Assembly: GCA_964408285.1 (NCBI GenBank)
Contig: CAYOYV010000013.1
Coordinates: forward strand, 1 to 11,516
Origin: an uncultured Nitrososphaerota archaeon
GTDB taxonomy: Archaea; Thermoproteota; EX4484-205; JAAOZO01
DNA: 11,516 nucleotides
Direction: 5' to 3'
Below, piece by piece: positions 1 through 6,725 of the stretch (its first letter is position 1; each line of letters begins with the position of its first letter). A program made the position numbers and the translations under genes. The notes below the pieces were generated by a model. That model made no database searches. It had not been told where the DNA came from and saw nothing but the letters and a program-made list of their open reading frames with translations.

Positions 1-722
1 GCATCCACGGCTTCCTTGTGTTCATCCAAGAATTGCTTGAGAAAAAGAGCTGACCCTCCAAGGAACTTGTGATCGGGGAAGAATGACCCGATTGTTGGAC
101 TCAGTCTCGTACAGTTCCCGATATCCATGGCATAAGTCAGATAAGGTTCTATCAGGTAGGCAGAGTCTAATCTGCCGCTTAGAAGTGCTTCGTGCTGTCT
201 TTCGCTCGGCATGTAGAAGACATTCACATCGTCTAGACTCAGATTGTGCTTTCTCAGAATGAACCTTACAACCACCTCCCCAAGTCCTCCTCGACTCGTT
301 ACGCCGACATTCCTTCCTTTGAGATCCGATATGGATTCTATGCCAGAACCCTTGAGCACGACGATGTAACCCCCCTCATGCTCCTCATCTGAATGGCCCC
401 CATCGGTAGCGATCCTAATGTCGATCCCCCTCACAAAAGCGTTGACGCTCGTCGAGAAAGGAACAAAGCCAAGGTCTAAGCTGCCGGCTGCAATGGCTTC
501 CACCATTTTGGACCCTGTTTCGATTTCCACCAGCGTGACGTTCAGACCCTCATTCTTGTAGAATCCCTTCTCGTATGCTATCCAATACGGAGCACAATAT
601 GCACTATCGAAGTAACCAATGCGTAGCGATACTGGCTTCGTAGGAAATACCCTCCAATAGATGTAAGCCCCTGCTGAGAAGAAGAATAGGCATAAGACAA
701 TCGCAATCGTCCTCTTGCTCAT
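1..722 (-). CDS. ABC transporter substrate-binding protein, NitT/TauT (SsuA/THI5/NMT1-like) family; 3' end truncated by the window edge
   Basis: Not in the ORF track; translated by hand from ATG at 722: MSKRTIAIVLCLFFFSAGAYIYWRVFPTKPVSLRIGYFDSAYCAPYWIAYEKGFYKNEGLNVTLVEIETGSKMVEAIAAGSLDLG...VVLKGSGIESISDLKGRNVGV...ALLSGRLDSAYLIEPY..., open to base 1. The motifs 'LRIGY', 'A.EKGFY..EGL.V', 'I.SISDLKG..VGV' and 'G.LD....EP' are typical of this family; N-terminal hydrophobic anchor. Confidence 0.9.
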   Translation of the reverse strand, partial: MSKRTIAIVLCLFFFSAGAYIYWRVFPTKPVSLRIGYFDSAYCAPYWIAYEKGFYKNEGLNVTLVEIETGSKMVEAIAAGSLDLGFVPFSTSVNAFVRGIDIRIATDGGHSDEEHEGGYIVVLKGSGIESISDLKGRNVGVTSRGGLGEVVVRFILRKHNLSLDDVNVFYMPSERQHEALLSGRLDSAYLIEPYLTYAMDIGNCTRLSPTIGSFFPDHKFLGGSALFLKQFLDEHKEAVD

Positions 723-752
723 TTCATGAAACCAATTGACAAGGCAGCACAC

Positions 753-767
753 AATATAAGAGTTTGG
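753..767 (-). promoter_or_regulatory. Putative archaeal BRE/TATA promoter of the substrate-binding protein gene
   Basis: Minus strand reads CCAAACT-CTTATATT, ending about 30 nt upstream of ATG 722. Confidence 0.55.
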
Positions 768-932
768 AATCCTACGAAATCACCTAACCTCTCTCCGAAC
801 GTGAATCCCGCGGAAATAATATCCAAGATCCCCTATGAACAGGACCTCACGATGGGAAGTTGGGTATGAGAAAGATGAGTTCCATTGCACGGCCGAATGG
901 ATGGGCGATCACCCGATGGGCAGAACCAACCT

Positions 933-947
933 TCAAATCTTATTAAG
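933..947 (+). promoter_or_regulatory. Putative BRE/TATA promoter (leaderless) of the ECF S-component-like gene
   Basis: TCAAATC-TTATTAAG; the TATA-like box (940-947) ends 22 nt before in-frame ATG 970. Confidence 0.6.
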
Positions 948-969
948 GGTTCATCTGTCCAGCCCAACA

Positions 970-1500
970 ATGGCAGGGGGAAGATATCTAACCACCAAAG
1001 ACATTTCAGTGATAGCACTTTTCTCCGGAATCTGGGCAATCCTGAACCTCGCCATATCGCCCTTCATATGGCAAGTCACTCATCTTCCGTTCACCTGCGA
1101 TCTAATTGGATTCGCTTCCTTGATAGTAGCCATTCACATCACTAGGAAGCCAGGGATGGGGTCAGCCATCGGACTTGTGTCCACTCTTCTCACCTTGTTC
1201 TTGAGGCCGGACGCGCTCTATTTCTTCGGCTTCACAATAGGAAGCATCACATTCGATGTCGTCTCGATTGCAGTTGGATATGAGACATTCTTTGATAGGA
1301 AGGCTGTTAGCTTGCTAACAATACTAATTGTATCAGCGGCCTCCGCCACGCTCGCCGGACTAGTGATTGGAAGATTGTTCATGGCACTTGGCGACATCGT
1401 TTCGATTCTGACTTTCTCAGCTCTCCACGGAATTGGCGGCATCATGGCGGCAATCATTGGCTATCCGGTCGTAGGTGCTCTACGGAGAAAGGGAATTTGA
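970..1500 (+). CDS. ECF-transporter S-component-like integral membrane protein (about 176 aa)
   Basis: About 5-6 hydrophobic segments, N-terminal 'LTTKDISVIALFSGIWA' and an internal 'RKPG' motif as seen in S components. Start moved from 835 to ATG 970 because the first 45 codons are hydrophilic, look non-homologous and contain the TATA box. Confidence 0.7.
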   Translation: MAGGRYLTTKDISVIALFSGIWAILNLAISPFIWQVTHLPFTCDLIGFASLIVAIHITRKPGMGSAIGLVSTLLTLFLRPDALYFFGFTIGSITFDVVSIAVGYETFFDRKAVSLLTILIVSAASATLAGLVIGRLFMALGDIVSILTFSALHGIGGIMAAIIGYPVVGALRRKGI

Positions 1501-1688
1501 TCTCTGAGTCTGGCAGCGAGATGCTGGCTTGGCATGGGAAGATGCCCTTGAAAATCTGTGAAGTCTCCGGCGTATTCCGAATTGAAAGTCGCGTTACGGA
1601 ATTTTGATCCGTCGTACACACATCTACTAATGAAAGCCATGGACGAATGTCTAGTGCCGTTTGAGGGAACGTAATTGAGCTATCGCAG

Positions 1689-2858
1689 CTATTCGGTCCT
1701 TTTGACTTTCGCGATGATGAAGGGAATCACAAAAGCCACAGAAAGAATGGAGACGAAGGAAGAGATCAGGAACATCACCCAGAGCCCGAAACTATCTGAG
1801 AGCAACCCACCTAGATATGGTCCTGCAGCCATTCCCGAGGAAAAAGCTAGGCCATATAGGCCAGCAAATAGGCTTCCTCTTTTTTTTCCACCCAAGCCCG
1901 AGCTAATTGACATGCCGGAGATCGTGAATAGGGAATATGCGATTCCTCGGAGACCTTGGACCAAGACGTACATGTAAAGGTCTTTCACGATTCCGTAAAG
2001 CCAGTAAACGCCAGCGAGGAGGGTCTCCCCAATGGCGAGAACGGAGAAACCCCCGATGTGATCTGAGAGCAGACCTCCTAGATACATGGCAGGTATCTCA
2101 GCGACGGCACCTGTAGCAATGATCACACCAAGGAAAAGAGCATCTCCTCCCAAATCGGTCAATGACAACGTTAGGAAAGATGATGTTGCACCCATGCTCA
2201 ATCCAGCCAGAAACACACTGATCATGAAGGGCATCGTTCTACCCCTAGTTGTTTCAGACTCTCCTTCCTCAGATACCGCGAGATTCTGATTCGCCTTCTT
2301 CACAACATCAGATAAAGCAATGCTAACAAGGAAAGCCAGCAGTGATAGAACTGATGCGATTAGGAAAATGTTTCTCATTGCCTCCTTGGCGAAGAGGCCA
2401 GTCAGAACACATGATATCACCCAACCAGCCGATCCAAACAGCCTATATCTCGCCATAGACCTTCCCAGCTCGTCTCTTCCCGACAAATCGGCAACCATGG
2501 ATTGCGCAAGGGGCGTGAAGCCAGAGAGAAGGAAGCTGGTGGCTACGTACCATATTGACATGCTCGGGACATCGGTCGAAATAAACATCATCAGGCTTGT
2601 TGCAGTCCTCGCAAGCAAGGAAAGAGACATGACCGTTCTCCTTCTACCGATCCTATCAGCAACTGCACCGAATATGACTTGAGGTACTGAAGAGAGCAGG
2701 TTTCCGGCCGTCAAGATCATACCAATCGTACCATAAGTCAATCCCAAGGACTTCAAATAGACCCCAAAAAGCATTGAGAGTGGAGCGAAGGAAGCCCAGA
2801 CTAGACCACCCATAATTGATATGACAGCTATATCTCTTGACTTCCTACCTGAGGACAA
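1689..2858 (-). CDS. MFS transporter (12-TM, 389 aa)
   Basis: MFS motif A 'GAVADRIGRR' and the second-half repeat 'GLLSDHIG'; 'RLFGSAGW' and 'GAVAEIP' resemble LacY/NHS/PPP-like MFS members. TTG start preceded by SD-like GGGGCGG, 25 nt after the upstream stop. Confidence 0.93.
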   Translation of the reverse strand: MSSGRKSRDIAVISIMGGLVWASFAPLSMLFGVYLKSLGLTYGTIGMILTAGNLLSSVPQVIFGAVADRIGRRRTVMSLSLLARTATSLMMFISTDVPSMSIWYVATSFLLSGFTPLAQSMVADLSGRDELGRSMARYRLFGSAGWVISCVLTGLFAKEAMRNIFLIASVLSLLAFLVSIALSDVVKKANQNLAVSEEGESETTRGRTMPFMISVFLAGLSMGATSSFLTLSLTDLGGDALFLGVIIATGAVAEIPAMYLGGLLSDHIGGFSVLAIGETLLAGVYWLYGIVKDLYMYVLVQGLRGIAYSLFTISGMSISSGLGGKKRGSLFAGLYGLAFSSGMAAGPYLGGLLSDSFGLWVMFLISSFVSILSVAFVIPFIIAKVKRTE

Positions 2859-2883
2859 TCGCGCCGCCCCGATGAACGAACCA

Positions 2884-4194
2884 CTATCTCAGTTCTTCTA
2901 TCAGAGATAGACTCTGCTCAATAACCGTCTCTGCAGATCCCCTCCCCAGACGATTCCACCAAGCGGGAGTCGCTTCGTATCCCCCGCGATCGTAGCTTTC
3001 TGAAGTGGGCATATACCCGTGGTAACCATTTGCGTATGCGACCACCAGAGTTGGCTTGAAGGGCGACCTTGCCTTGATTCTCAGTCCGACTTCCACAAGT
3101 GGCTCGCCGGGTATCGCAACAAGGGCCGCATCGCCGATCCTGAGCACTTGAAGTGTGATGTCGGTCTTGTCTTCTAGACCACCTTTTTGGATCAGGCTTA
3201 GATTCTTCTTCAGATACGAGAGACCCGATTCAGCCCGCTTGATGTCTTCCTCAGAGGCATTCTGCGTCCTGAGATCCGATATGGCTTTTTCCTGATCCCT
3301 TACTAGCTCTCTTGCCTGCTCCTCGGACGGCATCACCAGCGAAAGACTAATCCTCTTTTCAACAGAACGAACCGGTGGATCATCTGTCACGCTGATTGAC
3401 TTCATCGCGTTTATTGCCGCATCGGCCACTCTTGCTCCCAATTGCTCCACATCTTCGAATGTCCCCGGGCAAGCATATCCAACGGACGTAATAGGGTTCA
3501 GATCGCCTGTCGCCCCGTTTGTGAAGAGTGAAATATGTCCGGGTCCGAACTCGTTTTCGATTCTACTTGCAACCGCCCCAGGATAGTCCGCTGAGATAAG
3601 GTAATTCTTGTCCCCGAGCACGACGCCATGGCACGCGTAATTCACTAAAGAACCGATTGCCCTACCTGAACCATTCCTTGCAATGAATACACTCACTTCG
3701 CGGTCAACGGGGCCGTCTTTTTCCCTCCGATTGAACGCGATTGAAGCTTTCGATGTGCCCCAACCCACCTTTGCATTTTGTGCACATCCCCGAGCCTCGA
3801 TTGCGACCTCAACCATTTTCTCAGGCAGCGTCTTGAAATATTCTCTGACTGAATCTGGAGAAACGGACTCACTCGGAGAGATGGCCGGATCAGAGATCAA
3901 GATTCCTTCCTGCGAGGGTCCAGAGTGCGTGTGCGTCGCGGAAATCATGATGCTGCTACCTTTCAATTTCGTTCTTCCTGCGATCTCGGATCTCACCTTT
4001 GTAACGATGTGATTGGGCACGTTCACCAAGTCATTCGCTATCAGCAGGACAGACTCTTCCCGACCTTCGACATAGAGGGCTCTCGCGTGTAGGGGATCAT
4101 GAATTCCTTCTGAGCCCTTGTACCTTGCGGCGTATCCTCCTAATCTGATCCCGATCGGAGGCGTTATGTCCGCTTTTGATACCCCAATCCTCAT
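2884..4194 (-). CDS. Neutral/alkaline non-lysosomal ceramidase-family metallo-amidohydrolase (substrate unknown)
   Basis: Motifs 'DITPP', 'G.HDPL.ARAL', 'ATHTHSGP', 'NRR', 'NYACH', 'ISADYPG', 'NGA.GD.NP', 'PGE' and 'YANGY.GY.P....Y..GGYE'. No signal peptide, so probably cytoplasmic. Confidence 0.88.
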   Translation of the reverse strand: MRIGVSKADITPPIGIRLGGYAARYKGSEGIHDPLHARALYVEGREESVLLIANDLVNVPNHIVTKVRSEIAGRTKLKGSSIMISATHTHSGPSQEGILISDPAISPSESVSPDSVREYFKTLPEKMVEVAIEARGCAQNAKVGWGTSKASIAFNRREKDGPVDREVSVFIARNGSGRAIGSLVNYACHGVVLGDKNYLISADYPGAVASRIENEFGPGHISLFTNGATGDLNPITSVGYACPGTFEDVEQLGARVADAAINAMKSISVTDDPPVRSVEKRISLSLVMPSEEQARELVRDQEKAISDLRTQNASEEDIKRAESGLSYLKKNLSLIQKGGLEDKTDITLQVLRIGDAALVAIPGEPLVEVGLRIKARSPFKPTLVVAYANGYHGYMPTSESYDRGGYEATPAWWNRLGRGSAETVIEQSLSLIEELR

Positions 4195-4212
4195 GATACC
4201 ACGCGAATCATT

Positions 4213-4242
4213 AGAATCTTATTAAAGTAATGGAAGAATCTT
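4213..4242 (-). promoter_or_regulatory. Internal TATA promoter for the ceramidase-like/MFS pair, flanked by two AGAATCTT copies
   Basis: Minus strand TTTAATAA (4226-4219) lies 24 nt upstream of ATG 4194; AGAATCTT occurs at 4213-4220 and 4235-4242. Confidence 0.55.
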
Positions 4243-4248
4243 GGCAGT

Positions 4249-5460
4249 CTAAGACCCGGGAACCAAGGTTCCAAGAATCACCTTTCTCTCAGCTCCAGTC
4301 GCGGACGGAAGGTTCGAAGTGTGCCCCATGATGAATTCATTAGCAAGTATTGCCATGTAAGCGGCCTCCCTGGCTTCTGATGGCAAACCTAGCTCATCGA
4401 AATGTCTGATTCTGGATTCTGGCATCCTTCTTGCCAACCAATTCACCATTGTAGAGTTCTTTGCTCCGCCGCCTGCGAGATAGACGACGTCCAGTGGTCC
4501 CTTTGTCCGGACGAAGTCTTCGTAGGCTCTGGCAATGCTCTCAACTGTCAGCATCGTCGCAGTGGCAATTGCGTCTTCTCGGCTTATGCCTCGCTGCATC
4601 ACGCTGTGCAAATATCGCCCCACATATCTTGCCCCGAACGATTCACGTCCGGTTGACTTGGGTGGTGGCCGGGAGAAATAGGGATCTTCCAAAAGCTCGT
4701 CGAGAAGTCCCTTGTCAACATGTCCTCGTGCCGCGATTGCACCATCAGCGTCATAGTTTGATTCACCTCTCGTATAGGAATTCACCAGCCCGTCCACGAT
4801 CATATTTCCCGGGCCGGTATCGAACGCTATGACCTCATCTTCTGAGCACTTTGGAGGTAGGTAGGCTACATTCGCGATTCCACCTATGTTCTGTATTGCT
4901 ATTCCGATTTCCTGATTCCTATATAGTATGAAATCCACATAGGGCGACAGAGGAGCACCCTCTCCCCCGGCAGCGAGATCCCTTTTTCTGAAATCACCAA
5001 TCGTCATGACACCCGTCATCTCCGCTATGACTGCAAGCTCCCCAATCTGGAGACTTGAACCAGTCTGGTCTGATCCCGATGGCTTGGGGAAATGGTAGAT
5101 TGTTTGACCATGAGAGCCAATCGCATCTATCTGATCGGTCGATAGATTGATTGAATCGGCTAGTGATCTTGAAGCTCTCGCCAACTCCTTGCCAAGAGTG
5201 AAGTTCATCGCGCACACCTCATCCAATCTAGCTGTCTCAGGATCGAAGAGGCTGAATATTCTCTCTCTTAGTGCCTTTGAATAGGGATAAGTCCGAAAAC
5301 CAAGAAGAACAGGCCGGGTGTTCGTGTAGAAACCCGCGAGCCTGAGAGCGCACGCAGTTATGCCGTCCGCCGAAGTCCCGGACATCAATCCTATCACTGT
5401 TCTGCTTTCCTTTGATGCAATCCTATCCAATTCGGCCCGAGGATCCGAGCGAGGACTCAT
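4249..5460 (-). CDS. anmK: Anhydro-N-acetylmuramic acid kinase family protein (AnmK/levoglucosan kinase family)
   Basis: All family motifs present: IGLMSGTSADG, IGSHGQT.YH, SLQIG, DFR.RD.AAGGEGAPL, NIGGIANV, AFDTGPGN, PPPKSTGRE.FG, GGGA.N, REA. Start uncertain (ATG 5481, 5469 or 5460); 5460 best fits the TATA-like CTTAATCT at 5495-5488. Confidence 0.95.
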   Translation of the reverse strand: MSPRSDPRAELDRIASKESRTVIGLMSGTSADGITACALRLAGFYTNTRPVLLGFRTYPYSKALRERIFSLFDPETARLDEVCAMNFTLGKELARASRSLADSINLSTDQIDAIGSHGQTIYHFPKPSGSDQTGSSLQIGELAVIAEMTGVMTIGDFRKRDLAAGGEGAPLSPYVDFILYRNQEIGIAIQNIGGIANVAYLPPKCSEDEVIAFDTGPGNMIVDGLVNSYTRGESNYDADGAIAARGHVDKGLLDELLEDPYFSRPPPKSTGRESFGARYVGRYLHSVMQRGISREDAIATATMLTVESIARAYEDFVRTKGPLDVVYLAGGGAKNSTMVNWLARRMPESRIRHFDELGLPSEAREAAYMAILANEFIMGHTSNLPSATGAERKVILGTLVPGS

Positions 5461-5487
5461 CTGGATCATCCGCAAGGACATGGATGC

Positions 5488-5639
5488 AGATTAAGGTATT
5501 GCTTCCGGTCACAAAGGCGATCCAATCGGACTCCATGGATCGCGCCATCGGCAATCCCTGAGCTTTTTCGCCGAGGAAGCCGGACATTCGTCCAGGCGGC
5601 ATCTGCGCGATTGGATCCTTTTCGGCAATTCTTAAAATA
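5488..5639. promoter_or_regulatory. Divergent promoter region (anmK / prenyl synthase) with mirrored elements
   Basis: Minus strand: CGATTGGATC (5528-5519)...GCAATAC-CTTAATCT. Plus strand: CGATTGGATC (5608-5617)...GCAATT-CTTAAAATA (to 5639). Confidence 0.55.
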
Positions 5640-5664
5640 CCTCAGGTTGATTCACAAGGGTGTA

Positions 5665-6675
5665 TTGTTCTCCTTTGAGGGCATTGATGATGTGAATGCC
5701 GCCATAGATTCGTTTATGGAAAAGCATCTCACATCAGAGGTCTATCCGGCATTCAGGGATGCTTTGATGTACCCGATCAAGGTTGGGGGAAAACGAATCA
5801 GACCTATTCTCGTCATGCTGTCTGCTGAAGCTGCAGGCGGGAGTGCCCAAGCAGCAATACCCGCTGCCACTGCCTTTGAGCTTGCTCATAATGGGACTCT
5901 GATCTTCGATGACATCATAGACAGAGGCGAGCTGCGAAGGGGGAACGTGAGTGCTTGGAAGAAATATGGGGAAGCGGCAGCCATCTTGATCGCCCTCCGG
6001 TATAGAGAGGCGATAGTAAGAGTTCTAAGCGAGTCGAAGCACCCCCTTGAGATTGAGAGCCTTGTCTCAAAGGTAATAGATGACGTCATAGAAGGGGAGA
6101 TGCTTGACATTTCGTTAGAGAGAGCGGGCAGAGATGAGCCGCTGTTCTCCGGATTCAGGAAGAAGGAGGTCACTGTTGATGACTATCTTTTCATGATCAG
6201 GAAGAAGACCGCATCACTATTCGAAGGTTGTTGCAGGGCCGGAGCGATCGTCGCGGATGCGCCACCCAGCACGGAGAAAGCGCTATCCACTTATGGACTG
6301 AATCTAGGCTATCTATTTCAAATCACTGATGACATCTTGGACATATTTGGCGCGGAGGAGGAATTCGGGAAAAAGATTGGAAAGGACATAATGGAACACA
6401 AGGGAGGCAACATCGTGATCCTCCTCGGGCTGCAAATGCTGAATGACGAACAAAAGCGGATGTTGGCAAGGGGTCTAGTGAAGGAATCCGTGACAGAGAA
6501 GGAAGTCACGGAGCTAATAGGCGTTCTCAGATCGGCAGGGCTTGATCGGGAGAGTCGTACATTTGCCTCTAAGTATGAGGAAGAAATGAACAAGGCCTTG
6601 AGGAGTCTTCCTGAAACCGATGCCAGATCCATGCTGGAGGCGTTGCCCGGCATTTTGCTCCAGAGGAGACATTAG
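5665..6675 (+). CDS. trans-Isoprenyl diphosphate (polyprenyl) synthase, IspA/IdsA/IspB superfamily
   Basis: GGKRIRP, FARM 'HNGTLIFDDIID....RRG', 'GEMLD', 'KKT', SARM 'FQITDDILD', 'GK.IGKD..E.K'. Start moved from 5611 to TTG 5665, which is 25 nt after the TATA box TTAAAATA (5632-5639) and follows AAGGGTG. Confidence 0.93.
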   Translation: MFSFEGIDDVNAAIDSFMEKHLTSEVYPAFRDALMYPIKVGGKRIRPILVMLSAEAAGGSAQAAIPAATAFELAHNGTLIFDDIIDRGELRRGNVSAWKKYGEAAAILIALRYREAIVRVLSESKHPLEIESLVSKVIDDVIEGEMLDISLERAGRDEPLFSGFRKKEVTVDDYLFMIRKKTASLFEGCCRAGAIVADAPPSTEKALSTYGLNLGYLFQITDDILDIFGAEEEFGKKIGKDIMEHKGGNIVILLGLQMLNDEQKRMLARGLVKESVTEKEVTELIGVLRSAGLDRESRTFASKYEEEMNKALRSLPETDARSMLEALPGILLQRRH

Positions 6676-6725
6676 GGAGGACGTTATTGGCGTCTTTCGC
6701 TCGCGCGCGCGTTTGACATCCCCCG

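Noticed and set aside
761-935. Possible vitamin riboswitch (TPP, cobalamin, FMN) between the two transporter genes
   Set aside because: No consensus elements recognised on either strand, and the region lies upstream of both predicted TSSs.
835-969. 45-aa N-terminal extension of the ECF-like ORF
   Set aside because: Hydrophilic and contains the TATA box; ATG 970 gives a typical S-component start.
1547-1680. CRISPR-repeat-like 3' end ATTGAAAG (1581-1588) with similar words near 1548, 1629 and 1673
   Set aside because: Spacing is irregular and too short (about 33-48 nt), the sequence upstream of the words is not repeated, and there are no cas genes.
1880-1887. A8 run (minus strand) in the MFS gene as a slippage or phase-variation site
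   Set aside because: The frame is intact, it encodes an ordinary GKKR cytoplasmic loop, and the protein is full length.
5611-5664. ORF-track start of the prenyl synthase at TTG 5611
   Set aside because: Lies upstream of the TATA box and inside the mirrored motif; TTG 5665 fits better.
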